Shown: positions 22,171 through 34,023 of the stretch, in pieces
How the letters are laid out: each line of letters opens with the position of its first letter
Position numbering within the stretch: the first letter of the stretch is position 1
Made by a program: the position numbers and the translations under genes
Assembly (NCBI GenBank): GCA_012862495.1
Contig: BLSG01000196.1
Coordinates: forward strand, 1-49,392
Length of the DNA: 49,392 nt
Direction of reading: 5' to 3'
Source of the DNA: Thraustochytrium aureum
Lineage: Eukaryota
Notes under the pieces: generated by a model
What the model was told of the DNA's origin: nothing
Database searches by the model: none
What the model saw: the letters and a program-made list of their open reading frames with translations, nothing else

Positions 22171-25100
22171 TGCGAACCCGGGCGCTGCCTGCTTGCCTGC
22201 CTTCTTGTGTGCTTGCGCCTTGGCTCGTCCGGATCAGGTGTCTGCCTGAGCTCAAAGCAGCAGGGTTGTTGGATCCTTGTGCAAATTCCATTCTGGTTTG
22301 GCCAGACCATGGCGGCAATGACGGTGCCTGCCAAGTCATCAGAGCTGGGCGGGCGAGGGCAGAGCAAACGCTTGGCGACGGCAGCAAGGTCGATTGCAAA
22401 CGCGGCGGCTCATGTGCGGAGTGCTCGTAGGCCTACAAACGCTTGTGCGCTGATTGAGGTCGCGATGAACAGGGGGCTGTAGGCAAATGTTTTTGTTTCG
22501 CGACTGTTGGGACAGGTTTGGAGGCTGAGGGGCGGCGGAGACCGGCTGAAGCTGGGCGCCGGCTGAGAGAGGCCCCGCTGCGCGTTCTTTTGGCGCGCTC
22601 GATGCCGCCTTTCCCTGCTTGTTGCAGGCAGGCTCGCCTTCAGGTTGGAAATGGCAAGAAAAAAAGCCTCGTCTGCCGGTGGCACAACCCAACAGATTTC
22701 TGGAGATGAAAAGAGTAATGGAGTGGGGCCGGTCGCACAGCGCTCTGCCCTCGCGTGCGTGCTGGCGCCCTGCTTGGCGCAGCGCCGCATTCTAGCTGGA
22801 AAGCGAACGCAGTAGGACCATCAACAGAGCAGAGTACTCTACCTCGGCTGTGAATTTCGCCAACACATGCGAATGCAAGACTTGGGGGCTTGCTGGGCCC
22901 AACCACAGCGATCGACGCTGCATGGCGAGCTCTGGGCGTCATTTGCAAAGCGACTCGCGCCTTGTGTTGTGGACCTTGTGTTGAGCAGTTGGAGGCGCGC
23001 TGCGATATCCGTTGCGCTGAAAACCCCGCGGATCGTCTGTCGCATCCGTTCCGACGCTAGCTGAACATCCTGGNNNNNNNNNNNNNNNNNNNNNNNNNNN
23101 NNNNNNNNNNNNNNNNNNNNNNNNNNNNNNNNNNNNNNNNNNNNNNNNNNNNNNNNNNNNNNNNNNNNNNNNNNNNNNNNNNNNNNNNNNNNNNNNNNNN
23201 NNNNNNNNNNNNNNNNNNNNNNNNNNNNNNNNNNNNNNNNNNNNNNNNNNNNNNNNNNNNNNNNNNNNNNNNNNNNNNNNNNNNNNNNNNNNNNNNNNNN
23301 NNNNNNNNNNNNNNNNNNNNNNNNNNNNNNNNNNNNNNNNNNNNNNNNNNNNNNNNNNNNNNNNNNNNNNNNNNNNNNNNNNNNNNNNNNNNNNNNNNNN
23401 NNNNNNNNNNNNNNNNNNNNNNNNNNNNNNNNNNNNNNNNNNNNNNNNNNNNNNNNNNNNNNNNNNNNNNNNNNNNNNNNNNNNNNNNNNNNNNNNNNNN
23501 NNNNNNNNNNNNNNNNNNNNNNNNNNNNNNNNNNNNNNNNNNNNNNNNNNNNNNNNNNNNNNNNNNNNCACCCCACGCATGCCGTCGCCTGACGCACCCG
23601 CCCGCGCGCGGCCATGCCTTTCGCAAGCACGACGTGACGCGTTCGCTGCCTGGTCGCGCCGACAACGCGGCGGACCGCCTCCAAGGCCCCGTCGCACGCC
23701 ACGTCCTTGGACGGCGACGTGCGTCAGCGCATTGGCCTCGCCGAGGTCGCACCTATGGAACGAAAGGGGACGCGCATCTGGCAGGCCGCCTCTTTATCGC
23801 ATGTCGCAGGCCTGGCCACCAGCGGCGAGTCTGGCTGCCATCGTCACAGCGAGGACTTGGAAGGGTCCGATTTCGTCACGGTGATTGATCGAGCCCGAGC
23901 AAGTAGAGCGCAATCGGCCTTTGAAGGCTTGTCAGCAGAATCTCAAGAGTCCGACCGCGCCGCCGTTGAGCGAACACTCGGCGCTTCTGGCCGCTACTTC
24001 TTTCGTCGCTTTTCACCAGCGCAGCACGTCCATCAAAGGGCTCTCGGTCGGTACCCCTCTTTCCATCCTGGTCTCCTGCTCATCCTGGTCCTGGTTTGGT
24101 TTTTTACCGTCTGCTCGTCTCCATCGCGCCGTTGCTCTGTTGTTCAACTGCCAGCAACTGCACATGCACCCCATGGACATCTGGGACACTGGCTGGGACG
24201 ATCTCGACAAGAGTGTGTCCGAAGACCACGTTCGAGTTCATTCACATCGCCGAGGCCTGGAAGGCACGGCGAACAGTTTGTCCCGCTAGCCCGGAGAATG
24301 CAGTGGCCTGTTGCAGAATGGAGATCCTCACCAACTTTGGCTCTGCATTGACCCGAGGCAGGGTATGAGTGCCACCCCGGGCGGCCGTTGGCCGTTGGCC
24401 GTGCAAGAGAGCCCAGGCTTCGCTTTTGCATGAGGCAACACAGCGCTTGCTCGCCTTTTCTGGAGCGAGCGAGCGAGGGACAGACAGACTGTTGACAAAG
24501 AGGACCTCACTCGCCGCCTCGGCTGGCGGGTCTCTGCCAATCGGCAACGGCGTGGCCCACTTTTCAACTGATCCACTGAGTGNNNNNNNNNNNNNNNNNN
24601 NNNNNNNNNNNNNNNNNNNNNNNNNNNNNNNNNNNNNNNNNNNNNNNNNNNNNNNNNNNNNNNNNNNNNNNNNNNNNNNNNNNNNNNNNNNNNNNNNNNN
24701 NNNNNNNNNNNNNNNNNNNNNNNNNNNNNNNNNNNNNNNNNNNNNNNNNNNNNNNNNNNNNNNNNNNNNNNNNNNNNNNNNNNNNNNNNNNNNNNNNNNN
24801 NNNNNNNNNNNNNNNNNNNNNNNNNNNNNNNNNNNNNNNNNNNNNNNNNNNNNNNNNNNNNNNNNNNNNNNNNNNNNNNNNNNNNNNNNNNNNNNNNNNN
24901 NNNNNNNNNNNNNNNNNNNNNNNNNNNNNNNNNNNNNNNNNNNNNNNNNNNNNNNNNNNNNNNNNNNNNNNNNNNNNNNNNNNNNNNNNNNNNNNNNNNN
25001 NNNNNNNNNNNNNNNNNNNNNNNNNNNNNNNNNNNNNNNNNNNNNNNNNNNNNNNNNNNNNNNNNNNNNNNNNNNNNNNNNNNNNNNNNNNNNNNNNNNN

Positions 25101-25386
25101 NNNNNNNNNNNNNNNNNNNNNNNNNNNNNNNNNNNNNNNNCCCCCACTACTCTCCCCAGCTCTGATGAGCAGATGCACCTGCTCACGTCGGAGTACTCTG
25201 CAAAATCATGTCGCGCGACTGGCAGTGCCGATTTGGCAATCACCAAACCCGAACAAGAGTAGTTGCTCCGAACGACCGCGCGGCCCAGAACGACGTTGCA
25301 GCTGCCAGCGAGTGCTCCAGGAGCACGCGCAAAGCTGCCCGCGACTCGTGGTTGGTTTGCTAGTGCCGTGGCTGGGGCTGCGCGCG

Positions 25387-26409
25387 ATGGACGCTGCCAT
25401 GGGCATGTGCGACAAGGACGAGCAGAGCTGGACGCGGATGGAGTCTCCGCTTGCAAGAGAGCGGCCGAGGAGCCGCAGCGCGTCCCTGCGGCCCGTTCTG
25501 AGGGTCGCGTGGGTTAGCGCCATAGTGCTGTGCACCATCCTGGTGCTTTTGATACAGCGATTTATTTATCAGAGTCGAGCGGCGTCGGGCGACGCGCAAG
25601 TCTTGTACCCAACTGAACTGGCAGCGGAGGCGTTCGAGTCGGCCGAGCTTCAAGTCGCGGAGACCGACATCCAGGGGCTTCCGCGAATGGCGATTGCGGA
25701 GATTCCGATCGCCAGTCCTTCGTCGCAGGTCTTCGTCGGCAAGCACAAGCAGACCGGATGGCACGTCGATACGCGGTGCTTCAACCGTCAGCCGCTTGTC
25801 GGGTACGGGGTCGGCGCAGGCATGGACATCAGCTGGGATATGGCCATGGCGCGCGAACACGGGTTCAAAATGTTCATCTTCGACCCAACGCCAAAGTCTC
25901 TCGCCTACGTGAAGCCCCTTGTCGCAGCCAACGCAGACGTACTCACCATCACCCCAGAAGGCATGAGCACCGAGGAAGGCACGCTGACGTTCACGCTGCC
26001 GAAATCAAGTACGCACGTCTCCATGCGAGCGGGGCAGCACGGCAGCGGCAACACCGTTCAAGTTCGAGTCAACACCTTGCGGAACTGGATGGCACGGTTC
26101 AACCACACGTACCTAGATGTGTTGAAGATCGACATCGAGGGCAGCGAGTACGGCGTGCTCCAGCAGCTCATCGACGAGGAGTGGTTTCCGTTCACCCAGC
26201 TCCTCGTCGAGTTCCATCAGCGCAAGTTTAAGCAGGGCAGTCGCGACCCGAGGCACCAGGCCGTGCTCAAGGGGCTCCGGCGGAACGGCTTTGTGCCGTT
26301 TCGCATCGAAGGCCAGCAAGAGTACTCGTTCATCAAGCGCCGCGACCTCGAGTACTGCCTCTACGGGGATGTGGAGCGCCACGCCCAGACGTTCTTGCCA
26401 CAGAGATAG
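25387..26409 (+). CDS. FkbM/Methyltransf_22-like SAM-dependent methyltransferase with predicted type II membrane anchor
   Basis: Hydrophobic segment VAWVSAIVLCTILVLLI, then YGVGAGMDISWD, FIFDPTP, LDVLKIDIEGSEY, QLLVEFH. Confidence 0.85.
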   Translation: MDAAMGMCDKDEQSWTRMESPLARERPRSRSASLRPVLRVAWVSAIVLCTILVLLIQRFIYQSRAASGDAQVLYPTELAAEAFESAELQVAETDIQGLPRMAIAEIPIASPSSQVFVGKHKQTGWHVDTRCFNRQPLVGYGVGAGMDISWDMAMAREHGFKMFIFDPTPKSLAYVKPLVAANADVLTITPEGMSTEEGTLTFTLPKSSTHVSMRAGQHGSGNTVQVRVNTLRNWMARFNHTYLDVLKIDIEGSEYGVLQQLIDEEWFPFTQLLVEFHQRKFKQGSRDPRHQAVLKGLRRNGFVPFRIEGQQEYSFIKRRDLEYCLYGDVERHAQTFLPQR

Positions 26410-26489
26410 GTAGGCGCTGTTCGATAGGTTCATAGCGTAGACGTTTGTACACACACGATTTCCTCGCACGATAGTTCGGGCCAAGCCAT

Positions 26490-26856
26490 TCAGTCTTCTT
26501 GCGCGTGCACCTGCACGCGGTCCGCTCGCACAGCGCCGTATTCTGGTACGACAAGCTCAGCGTCGCGCAGTTCGAACCGCGCTTTCCCCAGCAGGATCTG
26601 AAAACTCTCTGCCGTCCCGCTAAGCACCGCCTTGCTCGAGTTTCCCTTGGCGCTTCCCGCCGAGGCCTGCCGCGCTCGCTGCCTCTGCGTCTCGGTAAAC
26701 CTGGCGAGCCCGGCGCGCATCGAGTCGCCGAACTGGTCGCGGACCTCGCGCGCCTGGGCCAGACTCAGCGCCCCTTCTTCGACCAACTCTTCGAGGGGAC
26801 TCTTCCAGGCACGTGGCCAGCGCGTTCCACCGCTCAACGTCCACGCGCTCCGCCAT
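26490..26856 (-). CDS. Divergent TFIIA gamma (TOA2-like) subunit; one extra base near 26796
   Basis: Corrected product LATCLEESLEELVEEGALSLAQAREVRDQFGDSM...LSGTAESFQ...FELRDAEL...ADRVQVHA follows the TFIIA-gamma two-helix plus three-strand pattern. Span is 367 nt = 3n+1. Confidence 0.7.
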
Positions 26857-27370
26857 CGCCGCGGCCGCGCGCGCGATGCGCCACTGCCCGCACATGCNNN
26901 NNNNNNNNNNNNNNNNNNNNNNNNNNNNNNNNNNNNNNNNNNNNNNNNNNNNNNNNNNNNNNNNNNNNNNNNNNNNNNNNNNNNNNNNNNNNNNNNNNNN
27001 NNNNNNNNNNNNNNNNNNNNNNNNNNNNNNNNNNNNNNNNNNNNNNNNNNNNNNNNNNNNNNNNNTGGCCGACCCGAAACGCAGCCGTCTCCTCGCACCA
27101 TCACGTAACCACACCCCCTCTAGTGACGCCGACCAGCCGCGTCACCTCACGACCTACATGTCGACCTCCGCAACCCCGCGCCGTCACAAGGCCCTCTCAA
27201 AGACTGTCTCCAAAACCTCAGCCTCGTCACTCGCGCCCCAAAGCGACGCGGCGCGAGCAACCACCGCAAACCGGCAGCCCTGATATTCAGTACTACCATC
27301 ATACGTTACGTAATTCAATATCTTGAAAGCCAATGCAGAATGCGTCGCCCAGCAGCGAATCTTGCGTGCA

Positions 27371-27430
27371 TGGCAGGCAGAGGCAGGCAGAGGCAGAGGC
27401 AGGCCGAGGCAGAGGCAGGCAGGCAGGCAG
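27371..27430. repeat. GGCAGA/GGCA microsatellite in the divergent promoter region between TFIIA-gamma-like and VTC4
   Basis: ggcaggcagaggcaggcagaggcagaggcagg read directly. Confidence 0.85.
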
Positions 27431-27602
27431 TCCCTGATCGTGCGCGAGGCGGCCAGGGCTGCGGTGCGTTAGGGCTCCAGAGGCGCGTTGCTTGCTCCGC
27501 CGCCGGCAGCCAGGCAGCCAGGCCCTGCGGCTCTGCACGGACGCGCGCGTCCCGCTTGCTGGTGGCTCGCTCGCTTGCTCGATCCCTCCTTGCCCGGCCA
27601 GG

Positions 27603-29699
27603 ATGCGGTTTGGCAAGTACTTGGAGTCGCAGAGGGTGGAGGAGTGGAAGGAGCACTATGTGGACTATGAACGGCTGAAGGAGATGATCAAGGCGCTGAG
27701 CCAGGTGGAAGGAGGGGAAGGCGAGGGACGAGTCACGTCGCTCTCGTCCAAGCCGGCCCCCGGACACAAGGCGCGGTTTGAAGGCAAGGACATCTCGGAG
27801 GCCGACTTCTTCACCGCGCTCGAGAATGAGATGAAGAAGGTCGACACGTTCACCCACGAGTACCTGACGGAGGTCAAGCAGTCTGCGGACGAGCTCGAGA
27901 AGAAGGTCGGGCTCGGGAGCGCGAGCGCCGTCAAGCTGAGCGCGGCCGAGCGCGCAGACTCGGAGGACAAGGCCAAACAGCTCGGGGACAGGTTCCTGAA
28001 GATCGAAAAGTTTGCCAACCTCAACTACCTGGGGTTCCACAAGATTCTGAAAAAGTAAGTCGTTGCCGCTGGCCCCGTTTTCCACGCCCGCCGCTGCAAA
28101 GGCCGCTGACCCCCTCTCGCGACCAGACACGACAAGGAGCTCTTCACGCCCTGCCGCCGGTTCTACCTGACGCGGCTCCACAACCAGCGGTGGGTCAAGC
28201 ACGACTACAGCAAGCTTTTCGTCGAGCTGAGCAAGATCCACTCTGCTCTGCGCGGCGACGCCTCCGGGAAGAACGACAACACCGGGGCGCAAAACTTTGT
28301 GCGCAGCACCACAAAATTCTGGGTGCGCACCGAGGACATCTCCAAGGTGAAACATGTCGTCCTGCAGCACCTGCCCGTGTTCCAGCACAATCTGGACGCA
28401 CTCCCCGGAGACTCGCAGTTCTGCAGCAGCGTGTACTTTGACAACGCCCAGCTCGAGCTCTACCACGGCCGCCTCGATAAGACGCCCAACGCGATCGCGA
28501 TCAGGTTTCGCTGGTATGCCACGGCGGTGCCCGAGCTCGTCTTCGTGGAGCGCAAGACCCACCACGACAGCTGGACCGGCGAGGTGAGCGTCAAAGAGCG
28601 CTTCACGCTCAAGGAGCGGCAAGTCATGCCCTTCCTGCGCGGCGAGTTCACCATTGAAGACAAGATCGCCGAAATGGAAAAGTCGGGCAAGTCGGAGGCC
28701 GACAAGGCAAACGTGCGCCGCCTGTTCGGCGAGATCTACCAGCAGATCGAGTCCAAGCAGCTGCGCCCAACGATGCGCACCGTCTACAACCGCGTCGCGT
28801 ACCAGATCCCCTTTGACGCCACTGTCCGCATCTCGCTCGACAGCAACCTAACCATGATCGCCGAGAACCCCAAGGTTGGGCCGGACTGCGCAACGGAGAA
28901 GCGCTGGTACCGCAACCCCAACATTGTCCTCCCGCCCACCGAGATCACGCGTTTCCCGCACGCCGTCCTCGAGGTCAAGCTCTCGCTCAAGGAGGGCGAA
29001 AGTGCGCCCAAGTGGGTGGACGACCTCCTCAAGAGCAACCTGTGCACCCAAGTCCACAAGTTTAGCAAGTTTATCCACGGCTGCGCCACCCTGCTTCCCG
29101 AACAAGTGCAGGCCTTCCCGTACTGGATCGACGACATCTCCATCCGGCCCTCGATTCTTCGCTCCCAGCCGATCCAGGAGCAGCGATCGTTCATGGACTC
29201 GGGCAAGCGCCACACGCAGGGCCGCCTCGCCGGGGCCGCGCACCAACCGATTCAGCTCATGGAGCGCAAGCCGTCGCAGGTGACGAGCGCCAACGCCTCA
29301 ACGCCGCTCACGGGCGACGTCGGGCTCGGCGACAAGCCGCGCAAGACGCCGATGAAGGTCGAGCCCAAGGTGTACTTTGCCAACGAGCGCACGTTGTTGG
29401 CCTGGCTGCACATGTCGATCACTCTGGGTTCTATCTCCGCGGCCTTGCTCGGCTTTACCGCTATGGCTTCGCCTGGAGCTTCGGCCGAGGGCGGATTTGG
29501 GCCGCACCTCATCGGGTTCATCTTGATGCCCATCTCCATCCTCTTTGCTGCGTACGCGTATCTGACCTACGTTTCGCGCCGAAAGTACCTGCGCATGCGT
29601 CTTCAAGGCCCGTTCTACGACGAGGTCGGCCCGCTTTTGCTCGGCATCTGCCTGCTCTTCGCACTCGGGGCGATCTTTCTCACCAAGCTCAACGGCTGA
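27603..29699 (+). CDS. VTC4: Vacuolar transporter chaperone polyphosphate polymerase (SPX-VTC-DUF202); exons 27603-28054 and 28127-29699, 674 aa
   Basis: MRFGKYL...YVDYERLK and LNYLGFHKILKK|HDK (SPX, restored by splicing); RSTTKFWV, SVYFDN, IRFRWY, FVERKTH, SVKERF, HKFSKFIHG (VTC); KVEPKVYFANERT plus 3 TM helices. Confidence 0.95.
28055..28126 (+). other. 72-bp spliceosomal intron in VTC4
   Basis: GTAAGT donor, GCTGAC branch-like site near 28105, CCAG acceptor. Removal restores KILKKHDK in frame. Confidence 0.93.
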
Positions 29700-29869
29700 G
29701 CGCTCTGACACCTGGTGAAGGGCATCATCGCATTGAGCCGCCCTTTATTGCTGTTTCCCCTGCGGCTGTCGCGTCCAGTCGGGCTTCCCGATCAACTCCT
29801 AGAAACCAACAACTTTTTTCTTTTGGAAAGCCGACCAGAACGATGGGAGACACGGTGAACTACCCGAAC

Positions 29870-30180
29870 CACCGCGATGCAGTTATCACGACGCAGCCAC
29901 CGCGATGATGCAACCATCACGATGCAACCACCACGATGCAGCCACCACGATGCACCAACCGCGATGCAACCATCANNNNNNNNNNNNNNNNNNNNNNNNN
30001 NNNNNNNNNNNNNNNNNNNNNNNNNNNNNNNNNNNNNNNNNNNNNNNNNNNNNNNNNNNNNNNNNNNNNNNNNNNNNNNNNNNNNNNNNNNNNNNNNNNN
30101 NNNNNNNNNNNNNNNNNNNNNNNNNNNNNNNNNNCCAACCGCGATGATGCAACCATCACGATGCAGCCACCGCGATGTGG
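29870..30180. repeat. Minisatellite with ~14-bp unit GATGCAACCAYCAC, spanning a gap
   Basis: Repeated gatgcaaccatcac / gatgcagccaccac units on both sides of the N-run. Confidence 0.85.
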
Positions 30181-30304
30181 TGGCGATGTCATAACCACCT
30201 GAGGACGTGTCCAAAATAAAAGCTTGTTGCCTGAAGCAATCGGAATAAGAAACCTATTCATACACGTCGCACGTCGCACTTTCAAGTAGCCGAGCGCGTC
30301 CGAG

Positions 30305-31949
30305 TCAGTTGGGAAACACGTTGTACTCTGGGTTGAACTTGTACTGCACCATGGGGCCCAACTTGGCCTTGCGAAACAGGAGCGCCCAAATGGCGACCCA
30401 AAAGAGGATCGCACTCATCCCAATCCCAACGAGCGCCCAGTTCCCGAGGGCGACTGTGAGCGGCAGCGCAATCGAGGTCCAGAGTCCGCCTCCCATGAAC
30501 GGCTCGTGCAAAAGCTGCTTGCAGCTGAATGCCTTGAGCGTTGGCGTCTCCGCGCGAGGGTCCACCATGCGCAGCAGCATGAGGCCTGTCGCGGTGGTCC
30601 CCATCGACTTGCCGAGCTCTGCGAGCGCGCGCTCGAACCAAAAGTCGGGCAGCATGAGCGGCGCAATGAAGAAAAAGCACAAGAGCTGCCACGTGAGGCC
30701 GAGCAGCAGCAGGATGCACAGCGGCGCCAGGGGAGGCGGCCACGGCATCTAGCTTGGTGGTTGCCACCGCAGTCATGACGAGGTAGTCGAGAGCTGCCCC
30801 GCTGATGCGCTCGACGGTGCCCCTGTCCAGCGGGCTCGTGCCCGTCCACTTGGAGTCGAAGGCGACCTGGAGGATTCCACCCCAAATCATGCAGAGCGGG
30901 AAGAGCGGAAACCCGCTCAAGAAGGCATACTCGGTGAGCCACTCGTTCGTGCCCTCTAGCGCCATCAGGGCCCGCTTCGTAAAGTACGCGAGCAAGATTG
31001 CGACGCCGACAACGGCCAAGTGGAGCGCCATCGTGTCGATGGCCTCGCTCTTGACGCTCAACAGGGAGCCGGTCACGCGCTCGCCCACGGGGATCACCGC
31101 CTTGTCCAAGAAACTTGGCTTTGAGATCGACCCAACGCGCGAGGTGGACCCTGCACCACGTTCATCCTGGTCGACGTGGGCTTCTTGGGAGTCCTTGTCG
31201 TCGATCGCCATTTCCGAGGCGCTCTCAGATTCTACAGACTCTGCCGGCGCAGACGCGCGATCCGGCGAGACCTTCTCGATATCGACGTCGTTCTCCTGCG
31301 CGGCCTTGTACGAGCTGTACGTCCACAGTCGCGCCTGTCCAAGGTTGACGATCGCCGTGCCAATCAAAACCCCGCACAAGATCCCCACGGTAGCGCTCGT
31401 CACCGCAAGGTCTCCGCCCTCGGGAAAGTCGAGTTGGACGTAGCTCTCCTGCAGCCCGGCCGCGGTGCCATGGCCGCCCTCGAACCCGACGGGGAAGAGG
31501 CTCCCGAACAGCACGTTGACACCAAAGGCCGGCTCCAGGATGGCCGCGGTGACTAGGCAACCCACGACCCAGTTGCCCCAGGCAAGCACCTGGCCGTAGG
31601 CAAGCTGCGGGCCAGCGAGCTTCCAGGCCTCTTTGATGCCAGGCACGCGAGCGCCCAGAAAAAGCGTGGCGAAGATGACGTTGATGAGAAACCCCGGGAG
31701 CTGGCTCCAGCCGACCACCCAGTCGTGCGCGACGACTGTTGCCACGTCCTCGTTCAGGTTGCACAGCTGGATAAAGATCAGGGCGAGGATCCCGCCTATG
31801 AGTGCGGCAGGCAGCATAACGCGTCGCGCGAGTGCCAGCTTTTCGCGAACGACGTGGCCGATGTACATGAACAAGGCGCACAACGCGAACGAGCTCACAA
31901 TGCGCATCGAGGTGCTCTCGAGCGCGAACGCGGGCAGTTGGTCGGCCAT
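30305..31949 (-). CDS. GltS-family (ESS) Na+/glutamate symporter-like transporter; one extra base near 30732
   Basis: LPAALIGG, LINVIFATLFLG, GFEGGHGTAAG, SATVG, FPLFPL, FERALAELGKSMGTTATGLMLLRMVDP. Span is 1645 nt = 3n+1. Confidence 0.88.
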
Positions 31950-34023
31950 CCTCGAAAAAGGGGCTTGGTTCTCGCGCAAAAAGCGGCAAGTCTTTCTCGG
32001 TCGTGTCGTGGGGAGCCACCGCCTGTGGTGCGCCGCTCAGTTCCTCCGCGGCTTTGGGGTTTGCAATTCGGGTTTTGCTCGTAGATGATCAGCAGCCGGG
32101 GCGGCAGTCCGCGTCCAACACCATGCCGCCTCTGGCTTGGGAATTGGGCATCCTACTCCTTGATTCGTTGGCTTGGACAACGCCCTCGCTCTGCCAAAGA
32201 CCAATTTCCCATGATATCTTCTCACCGGCTTGTCGAGCAATTTACTGAGTCAGAGCCCAACGCCAACGCGGATGTTGGCTTCTCGTCGCCGAGCACCCGC
32301 GGTAGCGCTTGGGGCGCTCGCTCACCAGAACAGATGGCACCAATTGCCACGGCGCAAAGTCAGCTTCACCTCCGCTTGGAGAGCCCCAAGTTCAGCCGCC
32401 TGCCTGGTCTTTATTTGCGGCAAGCTTGGTTGGCCGTCTCCTGGAGCGTGCTGTTTCGACGCGTGGTTTTCGGGGATCGTTAACGCCAGTAAGTGTTCTG
32501 GGCGACCTCCCACCTCCCTCGCCTGCGTATCGCATATTCGCATCAACGGGAAGGAAAGCTCTAGAGGCACGCACTCCTGCTTCGATGCCCGCTGCGAGGA
32601 GCTCCTGGCTGCGAGCGGTTGACGAGTGGCTTGGCCGGCCGCTGTGCACGAATGGCTGGATGGAAGGGCGAAACCGAGAACTTCGCACCTGTGGACAAGT
32701 GCACGGCAACGCTTTCCTCTCACCATGGCGCGAATGGCCCGCGCGCCAGTTGTTTTGGTCGCCACGGCTCCTCGTTCCTTGCCTGGCTGCGCACGTGCCC
32801 CACTGGGCAGAGGACGAGCCGCTCGTCGGGGCAGCGGGCCAAGCGCAAGTTCAGCAAGACACGAAAGCGGAATTCAGCATGAGAGTTTCATGAAACTTTC
32901 ATCGTCTCAGCAGAGATTAGAGTCGTCAACTTTTGGGACCGGCCGGGCCCGGGCTGCCTCGGCCAAGGAAGGCGGATCCGAGCACCATCCGACCGATCCG
33001 ACCAGAAGAGATTGAAAAAGGTCGAATGCCCGCAAGGCCCGCTTGATTCTACAACATGAGTGGAGTACGGTAAGGCTCGGAAGACCTCGGCGAGGGCCTG
33101 CTCGCAGACGGCACTACAAGACAAGCGAGACAAGCTGGAGGCGTTCAACGCTGCANNNNNNNNNNNNNNNNNNNNNNNNNNNNNNNNNNNNNNNNNNNNN
33201 NNNNNNNNNNNNNNNNNNNNNNNNNNNNNNNNNNNNNNNNNNNNNNNNNNNNNNNNNNNNNNNNNNNNNNNNNNNNNNNNNNNNNNNNNNNNNNNNNNNN
33301 NNNNNNNNNNNNNNNNNNNNNNNNNNNNNNNNNNNNNNNNNNNNNNNNNNNNNNNNNNNNNNNNNNNNNNNNNNNNNNNNNNNNNNNNNNNNNNNNNNNN
33401 NNNNNNNNNNNNNNNNNNNNNNNNNNNNNNNNNNNNNNNNNNNNNNNNNNNNNNNNNNNNNNNNNNNNNNNNNNNNNNNNNNNNNNNNNNNNNNNNNNNN
33501 NNNNNNNNNNNNNNNNNNNNNNNNNNNNNNNNNNNNNNNNNNNNNNNNNNNNNNNNNNNNNNNNNNNNNNNNNNNNNNNNNNNNNNNNNNNNNNNNNNNN
33601 NNNNNNNNNNNNNNNNNNNNNNNNNNNNNNNNNNNNNNNNNNNNNNNNNNNNNNNNNNNNNNNNNNNNNNNNNNNNNNNNNNNNNNNNNNNNNNNNNNNN
33701 NNNNNNNNNNNNNNNNNNNNNNNNNNNNNNNNNNNNNNNNNNNNNNNNNNNNNNNNNNNNNNNNNNNNNNNNNNNNNNNNNNNNNNNNNNNNNNNNNNNN
33801 NNNNNNNNNNNNNNNNNNNNNNNNNNNNNNNNNNNNNNNNNNNNNNNNNNNNNNNNNNNNNNNNNNNNNNNNNNNNNNNNNNNNNNNNNNNNNNNNNNNN
33901 NNNNNNNNNNNNNNNNNNNNNNNNNNNNNNNNNNNNNNNNNNNNNNNNNNNNNNNNNNNNNNNNNNNNNNNNNNNNNNNNNNNNNNNNNNNNNNNNNNNN
34001 NNNNNNNNNNNNNNNNNNNNNNN

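Noticed and set aside
23570..24582. Short ORFs between gaps, including MDIWDTGWDDLDKS..., briefly considered eIF1-like
   Set aside because: No SUI1 motifs follow and no coherent frame or family was recognised.
29870..30180. Regular repeats as a possible CRISPR array
   Set aside because: Units are ~14 bp head-to-tail with no unique spacers, there are no cas genes, and the context is eukaryotic; it is a minisatellite.
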